From contig OY969763.1 of the NCBI GenBank assembly GCA_963702845.1, forward strand, positions 1,792,001 to 1,856,000: 64,000 bases of DNA. The letters are read 5' to 3'. Of this stretch, positions 44,119 to 54,045 are shown one piece after another; the stretch's first letter is position 1, and every line of letters begins with the position of its first letter. This stretch comes from an uncultured Verrucomicrobiae bacterium. Its GTDB lineage: Bacteria; Verrucomicrobiota; Verrucomicrobiia; Limisphaerales; Palsa-1400. The notes beneath the pieces are model-generated. The model saw nothing but the letters and a program-made list of their open reading frames with translations, searched no databases and had not been told where the DNA came from. Position numbers and translations under genes: made by a program.

Positions 44119-45456
44119 ATGCCGTCAGAGCCGCCAAACGAAAACATGGATAAGGTGCTGAAGGCGTATGCCAAGAAGCGACGGGAAGATGCGTCTCAAA
44201 TCGAGATGGATCTGGCCACTCGCAACATGCTCCAGTCGGAAGTGAAGCGGAGGCTGGGCGAAGTCCCTGTACCGGCGACGGCGCGTTCGCGTCCACGATT
44301 TGCATGGTGGCCGCAAATGATTATCGGCGTGGCTAGCGCGGCGGCTCTGGCAATTGCAGTGTTCTTTTGGAAATTGCCGTCGCGTAACGAAAGGACTGAT
44401 TCAAGTGTCGCGATGGAGAACAGGGCACCTGCTACTTTTGACACGACCATCCCTGCATCCAAGTCCAAGGCCGAATCCGAAGAGTTTAAGAAAAACGAAG
44501 CGCCGGTTGCGACGTTTAAGGACCAAGTTGCGCCGTCGTCGCCTGCGAAGGAGCTGAGCCGAAGCGACGATTTGGCGAAACAAGCTGAACCGCACCGTCG
44601 CGAGTCGGACACTCTTAAGGTGGGCGACGTTCCGGTGGTAACGAATAGTATCGTGGCGAGTGCGGCACCGTCCGCGCCGACGACAATTCCAGCTCCAGCT
44701 ATCGCGTCAGCCGCACCAGTCGAAGCGCCGTTAGCTAAATCCGTAGTAGCCGACGCCGCGCCCGCGACTCCTGTGCCACCAGCTGCCGCGCCAATCGGAT
44801 CAATCGCTGCGTCGACTGAGGCCCCGAAACTCGCAACGCGAAATATTGCGAAAAGCGAATCTATGTATTTTGATCGCAAGACCGACGCGATCCAACAGAA
44901 ACAATCCCAACGGCAACGCATGCAGTTTTCTCAGGTTGATAACAGGGCGCAATATCGAGCGAATCTGAACTCGCCGCCGTTGCCGAAGGTGCTGACGAAT
45001 TTTGCACTCGATCGCACCGGCAGCAATGTGTTGGTAGTCGATGCGGATGGTTCGACTTATTCCGGCAATGTTCTTCCCGCGATGGCAGGTTATGGCGGCC
45101 AGCTCGGCATCGCCAATGGAACCGGCAAATCAGCATCAACTGCGGCGGCTGTAGGTGGCGAGGCGATACCGGATGACAACTTCGCTTTTAAGGTGAGTGG
45201 GTATAACAAAAAGCTGCGGGCGAAAGTTATTTTCAGCGGCTCCGTTATCAACGGTGCGCAAAATGGAATCGTTGCCGGTGGCGCAATCCCGCAAACGCAA
45301 TCTGGTGCTCAAAACCAAACCAGTAACACGCCGCAACAATCGCCGGCTCAGAATGCGCAGAACGCCCAGAACGTGATGCTGAATGGTCGTGTGCAAGTCG
45401 GCAAGACGACGGAATTTCAAATCCAGGCGGCTCCGGCAGCTGCCTCGACGAAGTAA
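44119..45456 (+). CDS. Putative membrane anti-sigma factor
   Basis: 5 bp after the ECF gene; short cytoplasmic N-term, one TM, long Ala/Pro-rich periplasmic region. Confidence 0.7.
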   Translation: MPSEPPNENMDKVLKAYAKKRREDASQIEMDLATRNMLQSEVKRRLGEVPVPATARSRPRFAWWPQMIIGVASAAALAIAVFFWKLPSRNERTDSSVAMENRAPATFDTTIPASKSKAESEEFKKNEAPVATFKDQVAPSSPAKELSRSDDLAKQAEPHRRESDTLKVGDVPVVTNSIVASAAPSAPTTIPAPAIASAAPVEAPLAKSVVADAAPATPVPPAAAPIGSIAASTEAPKLATRNIAKSESMYFDRKTDAIQQKQSQRQRMQFSQVDNRAQYRANLNSPPLPKVLTNFALDRTGSNVLVVDADGSTYSGNVLPAMAGYGGQLGIANGTGKSASTAAAVGGEAIPDDNFAFKVSGYNKKLRAKVIFSGSVINGAQNGIVAGGAIPQTQSGAQNQTSNTPQQSPAQNAQNAQNVMLNGRVQVGKTTEFQIQAAPAAASTK

Positions 45457-45500
45457 CAAAAAGATTGCCTGCACTGGCAAACGAGCGAGAAATTACTGTA

Positions 45501-46202
45501 ATGGCATTGCTCTTCAGGAGACCAAAACGTTTTCGCTACGAGTACGATCTGCTCCAGCAGGGCACGACGTTGATCGCCGGCGTTGACGAAGCCGGGCGCG
45601 GTCCGCTGGCTGGCCCGGTCTTTGCCGCTGCTGTCATTTTCCCGCAGGAGTGGATTGCCGATCATCTGCCGAAGCCGTTGCGCAAAATCAACGACTCGAA
45701 ACAACTCACTCACGAGGCGCGTGAAATGTTTTTTACCGAACTGACTTCGCGGCCCGAAGTGCGCTACGGTATCGCGCAAGTGGATGTTGCGTTGATTGAT
45801 CAGATCAACATTCTGCAAGCGAGCCATCGCGCGATGAATCTCGCTCTCGCGCAATTGAACCCGGCGCCGCAGCACGTGCTGGTTGACGGCCTGCGCGTGA
45901 ACTCGATGCAGTTCCCGCACACACCGATTGTGTCCGGCGATGCACTGAGTTATTCGATTGCCGCCGCCAGCATTCTTGCGAAGGTGAGTCGCGATCGGTT
46001 GATGGTCCAATTCGACGCGCAGTATCCGGGATACGGTTTCGCCGCTCACAAAGGTTACGCGACGCCCGACCATTACGCGGCCATCAAAGAACGCGGTGCG
46101 TGCCCGATCCACCGCCAAAGCTTTGCGCCGTTTCGGCCTGTGCAGGTGGAGATGCTTGTCGATCCGAATGCGCCAGCCGCAAGGGTAGCGCCTCAGGCAT
46201 AA
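45501..46202 (+). CDS. rnhB: Ribonuclease HII
   Basis: AGVDEAGRGPLAGPV, NDSKQL, LVDG, SIAAASILAKVSRD, HKGY. Confidence 0.96.
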   Translation: MALLFRRPKRFRYEYDLLQQGTTLIAGVDEAGRGPLAGPVFAAAVIFPQEWIADHLPKPLRKINDSKQLTHEAREMFFTELTSRPEVRYGIAQVDVALIDQINILQASHRAMNLALAQLNPAPQHVLVDGLRVNSMQFPHTPIVSGDALSYSIAAASILAKVSRDRLMVQFDAQYPGYGFAAHKGYATPDHYAAIKERGACPIHRQSFAPFRPVQVEMLVDPNAPAARVAPQA

Positions 46203-46204
46203 AC

Positions 46205-46630
46205 ATGAGCTTCCTCGCTCGATTAACATTCTGGCGTCGAGAAGAGATCCATTTGAACTTGCGCCATGGCAGGTTGGGCGAAAATGCCGCGAAGAAATAT
46301 CTCGGTAAAAATGGCCTAAAATTTCTTACTGCCAATTTCAAATCCAAACGCGGCGAAATCGATTTGGTGTTTCGCGATGCCGACTGCCTTGTGTTTGTTG
46401 AAGTGAAAACGCGCTCGTCGGAAGATTGGACTCGGCCAGCAGCGGCTGTTGATTTTGATAAGCAACGGAAGTTGTCCTTGTGCGGACTCGATTACCTGCG
46501 GCTCTTGCGGAACCCGCAGATCAAATTTCGGTTCGATATCGTTGAGGTATTGTTGGCCGATGGCGTTGTCTCCGAAATTCGCCATTTGCCAAACACCTTC
46601 ACGCTCGCTCAGCCGCTGCGTTGGGGATGA
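46205..46630 (+). CDS. yraN: YraN/UPF0102 family endonuclease-like protein
   Basis: GRLGENAA, GEIDLV, LVFVEVKTR, RFDIVEV. Confidence 0.92.
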   Translation: MSFLARLTFWRREEIHLNLRHGRLGENAAKKYLGKNGLKFLTANFKSKRGEIDLVFRDADCLVFVEVKTRSSEDWTRPAAAVDFDKQRKLSLCGLDYLRLLRNPQIKFRFDIVEVLLADGVVSEIRHLPNTFTLAQPLRWG

Positions 46631-47491
46631 TTATTTCAGCGACGCGAATTGCGGGTGTTTGATGAGCTTCTCCCAACTCGCATGCGTCAGTGGCACCTGG
46701 CGGTAAACGCCATCCCACATCGGCTCGGCACTTCCAGAGATGCGCGCGCGGCGAAGCCAATCAAGCCCGAGTGGTTCGGTGAGCAACGAGAGCGTGTTCG
46801 CGGCAATTGTTGTTTCTTCCTTTTCGCCAGTCGCATGTCCGGCACCGACGTAGAACCCGGCAAGGAGCAGGGTGACTCGCAGCATCGTGCTGCGCGAATA
46901 GGTTGGCACGGCGCAGGGTTGCTTGGGATTCAATAATCCGAACACATTCGAAAACACTTGTGGCGACCACATCGTCGGATTCTTTGCGAGTGAGAAAGGA
47001 TCGTAGAGGATCGCATCGGGTGTCGACGTGCTTCTTGTCTTTGCCTCGTTAGTCAGCCACAGCGGAAAATCAGCGACACGCAGCTCCCAGTGAATCGATT
47101 GCTTGCCGTTTAAAAACTGAGTTTGTCCATTGGCCAGCAAATCGCGAATAGGCTCTTCATAACCGGCGACATATCCCAGTTCGCGCGCGTGCTGCACCGC
47201 AAAGTTCAGAGGCTCGATTGTTCGATCGAAGCTGATGACGCGCAGTGAGCAGTTGATGTTAGCTGTTGCGGTGAACACCGTCAGAACATTTGCCGCCGAC
47301 CCGAGTCCCACGTCCCAAATGACGAATTCCCGTCCATGCGCTGCGATGCGATCCGGCAAGTGCAATTGGCGCACATAGAGAGCTTGTGCTTCGGCTGCGG
47401 GGCCGATTACGGGATGAAAAGTTTCATCCTCTGCAATCGCATGCACGCTGAAGGTGCCGTTCGCTAGTTGGACCAATTCGTAATCGCTCAC
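46631..47491 (-). CDS. MnmC/MnmD-type SAM methyltransferase (tRNA mnm5s2U-like)
   Basis: ETFHPVIGP..EA..LYV, WDVGLGSAAN, ILYDPFS..KNPTMWS, TYS, GEKEETT. Confidence 0.8.
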   Translation of the reverse strand: MSDYELVQLANGTFSVHAIAEDETFHPVIGPAAEAQALYVRQLHLPDRIAAHGREFVIWDVGLGSAANVLTVFTATANINCSLRVISFDRTIEPLNFAVQHARELGYVAGYEEPIRDLLANGQTQFLNGKQSIHWELRVADFPLWLTNEAKTRSTSTPDAILYDPFSLAKNPTMWSPQVFSNVFGLLNPKQPCAVPTYSRSTMLRVTLLLAGFYVGAGHATGEKEETTIAANTLSLLTEPLGLDWLRRARISGSAEPMWDGVYRQVPLTHASWEKLIKHPQFASLK

Positions 47492-47561
47492 CGAGTCAGT
47501 CTAATGAAGGCAGAGATTTTTTACTTCTTAATTCTGCCGAGTTCGTCCTTAATTCGTGGCC

Positions 47562-48041
47562 ATGGATCCTTTGCTCAAGCTCCTGCACGAAAACGCGGCG
47601 CTCAAACCGGCGCAGCTTTCGAAAATGCTCAACGTCACTGAAGCGGACGTCGCCGCGAAAATTAAGGCTTACGAGGACGACAAAGTTATCCTCGGTTATC
47701 GCGCGGTGTTGAATGAAGAAAAGACGGGTGACGAGATCGTTCGCGCCGTTATCGAAGTAAAAATCACGCCAGAGCGGGGCGGGGGATTCGATCGGTTGGC
47801 CGAGCGCATCGCCAAATACAGCGAGGTCCACTCCTGCTACTTGATGTCTGGCGGATATGATTTGCTCGTGATCATCGAAGGGCGAAACCTGCGCGAAGTC
47901 GCAACGTTCGTTTCCGAAAAGCTCGCCACGGTGCAGGGCGTCATTTCTACGGCCACCCATTTCATGCTCAAGACCTACAAAGAGCAGGGCGTGCTCATGA
48001 ACGGTGAGCAGAATGAAGAGCGGTTGGCTGTGTCGCCGTAA
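47562..48041 (+). CDS. Lrp/AsnC family transcriptional regulator
   Basis: VILGYRA, AVIEVKITP, CYLMSGGYDL, TATHFMLK. Confidence 0.92.
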   Translation: MDPLLKLLHENAALKPAQLSKMLNVTEADVAAKIKAYEDDKVILGYRAVLNEEKTGDEIVRAVIEVKITPERGGGFDRLAERIAKYSEVHSCYLMSGGYDLLVIIEGRNLREVATFVSEKLATVQGVISTATHFMLKTYKEQGVLMNGEQNEERLAVSP

Positions 48042-48083
48042 GGTTACGGCGAAATACCTAGAACTCTGGCAATGTTGACGCCT

Positions 48084-48169
48084 GCCGATTTGGAAATCGG
48101 CGATACGGGAGATTTGAACAAATTATTTTGATGTTCGCTCCCGCGAACCGGTTTGGAAACCTGCGATAC
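48084..48169. repeat. Two-hairpin REP element interrupted by the 39-bp element
   Basis: GCCGATTTGGAAATCGGCGATACGG [39 bp] CCGGTTTGGAAACCTGCGATAC. Confidence 0.75.
48109..48147 (+). mobile_element. 39-bp mini-insertion element, copy 3 (inside REP)
   Basis: GAGATTTGAACAAATTATTTTGATGTTCGCTCCCGCGAA. Confidence 0.7.
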
Positions 48170-48172
48170 GGT

Positions 48173-49264
48173 TTACAGCACCTTCATCGCATTATCGAGC
48201 GCGGCGTAGAGTTCGCGCATGGTGGCTTCGGTTTCGTCGCCCATGTTCGAAATTCGGAAGGTCGTGCCTTTGATTTTTCCGTAGCCGCCGTCGATGAGGA
48301 AGCCTTGATCTTTTACCAGCTTCTGGAGTTTGGCGACGTCGATAGTCTTGCTGTTGCCGGGCTTTGCGCCGTTATTCACGCAGGTAAGCGTCACGGATTC
48401 GTAGCCTTTTTCAGGGAAGAAGTTGAAGCCGTGTCCGGTCGCCCAATCGCGTGTCATTTGCGAGAGCTTCTTGTGACGGGCAAAGCGCGCGTCCAAACCT
48501 TCGGTGAAAAAGTCTTCGAGCTTTGAGGCAAGAGCGTAAATGTGGCCAATGCTCGGAGTGCTCGGCGTCATGCTTTGTTCGGCGTTTTTCTGGAACTCGA
48601 CAAAGTCGAAATAGTAACCGCGATCTTTGGTTTGCGCGGCTTTTGCCAAAGCGGCGGGCGAGCAGACGAACACGGCGAGGCCGGGCGGCATTGCAAAGGC
48701 CTTTTGCGTTCCGGCCAACAGCACGTCGATGCCGAGTCCGTCGAAATCAATCTTCACGGCGCTCATTGAACTGACGGCGTCGACGATGAACATCACGTCG
48801 GGATATTTCTTTTTGAGCGCGGCGATCTCTTCCAACGGGCTCATCACGCCAGTGGATGTTTCGTTATGGATGAGAGTGAGCGCGTCGAACTGACCGGTGG
48901 CGAGTTTGGCATCGATCTGTTCGGCGCGGATGGGCGAACCCCACGGCACCTGGAGCGCATCGGCTTCTTTGCCACACTTCTTGGACACGTCAAACCACTT
49001 GTCGGAAAACGCGCCGCACATGCAGTTGAGCACTTTTTTGTGCACGACATTGCGAATCGCGCCTTCCATCACGCCCCAGGCGGACGAGGTGCTCAGATAC
49101 ACGAGTTGCTTCGTGTAGAGCAGTTGCTGCAATTGCGGTTGAATCTTCGCGTAAAGGTCTTTGAAGCCTTGACCACGGTGGCCGATCATGGGCGAGCAAA
49201 AGGCTTTGAAAGTTTTAGGGCTGACTTCGACCGGACCTGGAATATGCAATTTGGCGTGTGGCAT
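48173..49264 (-). CDS. Class V PLP aminotransferase (serine-pyruvate/alanine-glyoxylate family)
   Basis: LHIPGPV, IHNETSTGV, IVDAVSS, GTQKAFAMPPGL, TPSTP, FRISNMG. Confidence 0.92.
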   Translation of the reverse strand: MPHAKLHIPGPVEVSPKTFKAFCSPMIGHRGQGFKDLYAKIQPQLQQLLYTKQLVYLSTSSAWGVMEGAIRNVVHKKVLNCMCGAFSDKWFDVSKKCGKEADALQVPWGSPIRAEQIDAKLATGQFDALTLIHNETSTGVMSPLEEIAALKKKYPDVMFIVDAVSSMSAVKIDFDGLGIDVLLAGTQKAFAMPPGLAVFVCSPAALAKAAQTKDRGYYFDFVEFQKNAEQSMTPSTPSIGHIYALASKLEDFFTEGLDARFARHKKLSQMTRDWATGHGFNFFPEKGYESVTLTCVNNGAKPGNSKTIDVAKLQKLVKDQGFLIDGGYGKIKGTTFRISNMGDETEATMRELYAALDNAMKVL

Positions 49265-49383
49265 AAAAAGTTTAACGCATGGTTAATTGCGCTCGTGAAA
49301 TTTTTCACAAGCGGCGAAACAACGCAAGCAGTTTGAGCATGATTGCTGCTTATGTTGACATTTCTTACGCTTTTTGCGGTAAC

Positions 49384-51273
49384 ATGACCTCAATAGTGAA
49401 AATCAGAATCCTGCGGGCCAAGACCATGGCAGCAATGACTTTGCTGACGTTTGCAAGTCTCGGCCACTTCGAAGTTTGCGCGTCTACGAACGTCGCCGTC
49501 ATCACGGTTTCTGGACAACCTTTGTCCAACGGAAGAATCGATCCGAAGCTGTTTGGTAATTTTGTGGAATTGCTGGAGGACGTGGTGCCAGGGATGTGGG
49601 CTGAAATGTTGATTGGTCGCTCGTTCGAAGGGGTCACACCCGCTGCTGATTGGTGCTATTACGATGGACGGCCAACAATTTGCGACCGTGTCTGGGAAAC
49701 GAATTCGACGTGGCGCTATGATGTTACCAACGCATTTAACGGTGATCGATGCGCAGAACTATTGCCCCAGCGGTCGCGCATCGCGACGCTCAGGCAAACT
49801 GGTCTGACGGTCAAGCGCGGGATGTCGTACGATTTTTCGGGATATTTCCGGACAGACAACCCGAAGCTCAAAGTTACGGTTAATTTGCGCGCACCACTTC
49901 CGGACGGAAATTGGTTCACGTTGGCGTCCGCTAAGTTTTCGAAACTATCAGATTCGTGGGAAGCTCGGCTGTGTTCATTGGATTCGGTCGGCGAATCCGA
50001 ACGTGCTGTTTTTGAAATTCGCGCTGAAGGGGAAGGGCATGTATGGCTGGACAAAGTTTCGTTGATGTCTGGCGACAACGAATTTGGCTGGCGTGCTGAT
50101 GTGGTGAAGGCGATCAAGGAAATGAAGTCGGGGATTATTCGCTGGGGTGGTTCGGTCGTCGATCCCGGCGGCTACAAATGGAAGAACGGCATTGGTAATC
50201 GCGATCTGCGCACGCCGTTTTTGAATCATGTCTGGGGTCGAATTGATTCGAACGATGTTGGAATCGATGAGTTCTGCCGGTTTTGTCAATTGGTCGGCGC
50301 CGAGCCGCTGATTTGCGTCAGTTTTGCCGACGGAGCGCGCAGCGCGGGTGAGTTAGTCGAATATTGCAATGGAAGCAGCAAAACGCTTTGGGGCGCGAAA
50401 CGTGCGCACAATGGTTTCTTAGCGCCGCATCATGTGAAGTATTGGCAAATTGGAAATGAGATCAGCGGTGACGATCCGCAGTATCTGGCGCAAATTCCCG
50501 ACTTCATCGCCGCCATTCACAAGGCGAGTCCAACAGCTCAAATTATTTCGTCATTTCCCTCAAAGAAGCTATTGGAACGTGCCGGTAGAGATCTGGCGTT
50601 TGTTAGTCCGCATCAATACACCACCGATTTCGCTGCGTGCGAACGCGAGTTCAACAATTTGTCTGAGCTGTTCACCAACACTGCCGAATGTGAAGACGTC
50701 GGTGTGGCCGTCACCGAATGGAATATCAGCGCTGGTGATTGGGGAATCGGGCGCGCGAAACAGATGACATTGCAAGCGGCGCTATTGAACGCGCGTTACT
50801 TGCATGTGCTGATGCGGCATTGCGACAAAGTGAAAATTGCCTGCCGCTCGAATCTCGCTAACAGTTTTTGTGGCGCCACGATTGAGACGAGCCCGGGCGG
50901 CGTGCTGAAGCGGCCGAGCTATTATACAATGCAGCTTTATGCAGCCCACACGTTGCCGCTGCCATTGCAGAGCTCGGCTTCAGTTGAGGGTTTGGACGTC
51001 TTCGCTTGCGCGACCGAACGACACGATGCGGTAACGGTCTTTGTTGTAAATTCCAATACTGATCCGGTGACTTGCACGCTCAATTTCGAGCGGTTTGCGC
51101 AACCTGTCCAAACCGAATCGATTGTAACACTGACCGACCAGCAAGGGGCGCGCGAACCGGATGTTATGAATCACTGGGACGTTCCCGATCGCGTTTCGCC
51201 GAAGGCGCTGTCGCTGATCGGCAATCACGTGATGTTCGCACCGCTCTCAGTGAATGTCATTAGATGTCGTTGA
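49384..51273 (+). CDS. GH51 alpha-L-arabinofuranosidase with CBM-like insert
   Basis: LFGNFVELL, IRWGG, Y.WKNGIG, NDVGIDEF, YWQIGNE, VTEWN. Start uncertain. Confidence 0.88.
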   Translation: MTSIVKIRILRAKTMAAMTLLTFASLGHFEVCASTNVAVITVSGQPLSNGRIDPKLFGNFVELLEDVVPGMWAEMLIGRSFEGVTPAADWCYYDGRPTICDRVWETNSTWRYDVTNAFNGDRCAELLPQRSRIATLRQTGLTVKRGMSYDFSGYFRTDNPKLKVTVNLRAPLPDGNWFTLASAKFSKLSDSWEARLCSLDSVGESERAVFEIRAEGEGHVWLDKVSLMSGDNEFGWRADVVKAIKEMKSGIIRWGGSVVDPGGYKWKNGIGNRDLRTPFLNHVWGRIDSNDVGIDEFCRFCQLVGAEPLICVSFADGARSAGELVEYCNGSSKTLWGAKRAHNGFLAPHHVKYWQIGNEISGDDPQYLAQIPDFIAAIHKASPTAQIISSFPSKKLLERAGRDLAFVSPHQYTTDFAACEREFNNLSELFTNTAECEDVGVAVTEWNISAGDWGIGRAKQMTLQAALLNARYLHVLMRHCDKVKIACRSNLANSFCGATIETSPGGVLKRPSYYTMQLYAAHTLPLPLQSSASVEGLDVFACATERHDAVTVFVVNSNTDPVTCTLNFERFAQPVQTESIVTLTDQQGAREPDVMNHWDVPDRVSPKALSLIGNHVMFAPLSVNVIRCR

Positions 51274-51408
51274 GGTGGTTGCGTCAGTGGGAAGTCTGAG
51301 GAAAACGTAAATCCCGCAGTGATGGATTGTCCGAGGACGGTCTGCGCTTTGTTTACTCTCGTGGGATGTGATGTGCCCTGATTGGAAGCTTCCGGAGCTT
51401 TGCTCATT

Positions 51409-53967
51409 ATGAGCCGCATGATGCGGCGGTGGGCGGCCTTCATCTTGATGTTCGCTGCAATTACGATCTGTGGCTTGGCGCAACAATACGGGTTGGATTC
51501 ACGCGCGCCGATCGCCGCGTTCGTGAACGGTCATCTACCCGGCTTTTTGGTATCAGCATCCGGGCCATGGCAGGTGGTCAGTGCATTTCCAGGCCTACAA
51601 TACGCGTTCACCGATCCGACGCTCATCACTGCCGCCCCTCGCGACACCAACCGTCTTTACGTCGGCTGCCGTCAGGGGAAAATTTATTTTTTCACGAATA
51701 ACCCAGCGACAAGCAACGCGACGGTTTTTCTCGATCTCACCGCGAGCACGCAAGGGGGCGGCGATTGTGGATTGCTCGGCCTGGCGTTTCATCCGGAGTT
51801 CGGTCTCGCTGGGTCCACCAATCGCGGTTACTTCTACGTTTACCGGAATTACTCCGCGACTCCTACTCCAACTCCATTTCTCGACACACCGACTTACGAT
51901 CGTTTGTCTCGTTTCACTTTGGCCGATAGCGCAACCACCGTTGATCCCGCAACCGAACTCATCCTCGTCAATCAATACGACCAAAGTACCTGGCACAATG
52001 GAGGCGCGATGTTCTTCGGCGATGATGGCATGTTGTATTTCACCGACGGCGATGAAGGCGGCTCAGACGATCAGTATAACAGCACGCAACGGATCAACGT
52101 CGGATTGTTAAGTGGTGTTTTCCGTATCGACGTGAACAAGAACCCGACCAAAAGCCATCCCATTCGTCGGCAACCGAAATCGAGCAGTTCCAGGTTTCCG
52201 GCCAGTTCCAGCGGGAACTACTACATCCCCAATGACAATCCATTCGTCAACCCAAACGGCAGCAACCTGGAAGAATTTTGGGCGCTCGGTTTGCGCAGTC
52301 CGCACCGGATGACGGAGGATTATTTCACGCAAAAAATCTGGCTCGGCGATGTCGGTGACGTGAGTCGCGAGGAAATCGATATCATTCAAAAAGGCGGCAA
52401 CTATCAGTATGCCTATGAAGAAGGATTTCTCAGCGGCCCAAAAACCAAGCCTTCCCCACTCATCGGCACGGACACCCCGCCCATTTACGATTACGACCAT
52501 TCAACCGGAAACACTTGTGTCATCGGGGGCTATGTCTATCGCGGTTCGCTGTATCCGGAATTGTTTGGGCAATATATTTTCGGCGACAACACTTCCGGTC
52601 GAATTTTCGCTATGACCTACGACTTCGTGCACGTGCCTGTCGTAACGAATCTTGCGTCGCTTCCTTCCGGTTTGACCGCTTACACGGGGTTGTCCTCGTT
52701 TGGGCTCGATTCGAGCAACGAACTTTACATGTGCCGCATGGGTGCCCCGGGCGACATCTTGAAACTGGTGCGCTTGACCGTGACCAATTCGCCGCCGCCG
52801 CAGCTTTCGAAGACCGGCATTTTTTCGAACCTGACGACTTTAACGCCGACCAATGGCATCATCCCATACACCGTGAACGTTCCGTTCTGGAGCGATGGCG
52901 CGGTGAAACAACGTTGGATTGCTTTGCCCAACGACGGCTCGCCGTATGGCACAAATGAACAAATTGCGTTCGCACCCACAGGTGAATGGAGTTTTCCGAT
53001 GGGGACGGTGTTCATCAAACATTTCAGCCTGCAAACGAACGATGCGGATCCAAATGCGTTGCATCGCCTCGAGACGCGCGTGCTAGTCTTGGACACGAAT
53101 CACTCCGTTTACGGCGTCACTTACAAATGGCGTTCGGATCAAAGCGATGCCGACTTGCTAAATACCAACGTCACCGAAGCGATCACGATTCAGACCGCAA
53201 GCGGAACGCGCACTCAAAATTGGTATTACCCGAGCCCGCACGATTGCGTCACGTGCCACAATCTGAATGCGAATTTTGTTCTTGGCGTCAAAACGCGCCA
53301 ATTGAATTGCACGTTCACGTATCCGACAACCGCCCGAACCGACAACCAACTTCGAACGTGGAATTACTTGGGCATGTTCAACCCGGCGATCGTTGAATCG
53401 AACATCGCCACCTATGCCGCGGTGAATGTGACGAACACATCGCTGTCTCTGGTGCATCGCGCAAAATCCTACGTCGATGTTAACTGCGGCTTTTGCCATC
53501 GTCCCGGCGGCGTCTCCCAGGCCGCGTGGGATGGCCGTTTCGACACGTCGATTACCAACCAGAACATCGTGAACGCGACAGCCCTCAACGCCTTGGGAAT
53601 CGCCGACGCTCGCATTATCCGCTCTGGCAGCATTACTCAATCGGTGATGCGTGCGCGCATGAATTCCATCGGAGGGCCGGCCATGCCGCCACTGGCGAAG
53701 ACAACCGTCGATACAAATGCTGTCGCGCTGTTCGACTCATGGATTCTCAGTCTGACCAACGCGCCCTGTTTCGAAACCAGCGCCGACACCAATGGCCCGT
53801 TCATCCTCGTGCATGGACAACCTGGTATGAGTTACGCGTTGCAAGCCACCGCGGATTTTACCAACTGGCCTGCGATTTCGACGATGTTCGACCAGACTAG
53901 TCGCTACATCAACGGTGACACGCCCGACGCTGCGCTCCGTTTCTACCGGCTACAACTGCCGCCGTAA
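51409..53967 (+). CDS. Secreted PQQ-dependent glucose/sorbosone dehydrogenase domain fused to a diheme cytochrome c region
   Basis: GLLGLAFHP, WHNGG, GLRSPHR, GDVG, IGGYVYRG; PFWSDGAVKQRW; CVTCH and CGFCH; MPPLA. Confidence 0.88.
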   Translation: MSRMMRRWAAFILMFAAITICGLAQQYGLDSRAPIAAFVNGHLPGFLVSASGPWQVVSAFPGLQYAFTDPTLITAAPRDTNRLYVGCRQGKIYFFTNNPATSNATVFLDLTASTQGGGDCGLLGLAFHPEFGLAGSTNRGYFYVYRNYSATPTPTPFLDTPTYDRLSRFTLADSATTVDPATELILVNQYDQSTWHNGGAMFFGDDGMLYFTDGDEGGSDDQYNSTQRINVGLLSGVFRIDVNKNPTKSHPIRRQPKSSSSRFPASSSGNYYIPNDNPFVNPNGSNLEEFWALGLRSPHRMTEDYFTQKIWLGDVGDVSREEIDIIQKGGNYQYAYEEGFLSGPKTKPSPLIGTDTPPIYDYDHSTGNTCVIGGYVYRGSLYPELFGQYIFGDNTSGRIFAMTYDFVHVPVVTNLASLPSGLTAYTGLSSFGLDSSNELYMCRMGAPGDILKLVRLTVTNSPPPQLSKTGIFSNLTTLTPTNGIIPYTVNVPFWSDGAVKQRWIALPNDGSPYGTNEQIAFAPTGEWSFPMGTVFIKHFSLQTNDADPNALHRLETRVLVLDTNHSVYGVTYKWRSDQSDADLLNTNVTEAITIQTASGTRTQNWYYPSPHDCVTCHNLNANFVLGVKTRQLNCTFTYPTTARTDNQLRTWNYLGMFNPAIVESNIATYAAVNVTNTSLSLVHRAKSYVDVNCGFCHRPGGVSQAAWDGRFDTSITNQNIVNATALNALGIADARIIRSGSITQSVMRARMNSIGGPAMPPLAKTTVDTNAVALFDSWILSLTNAPCFETSADTNGPFILVHGQPGMSYALQATADFTNWPAISTMFDQTSRYINGDTPDAALRFYRLQLPP

Positions 53968-54045
53968 ACGCGTCGAAGTGAAGCGGGACAATCGGCGTTC
54001 ATTCCAGCGTTCGTCGTGCGGTTCCGATTGTTAGCTGCTGCGCTT

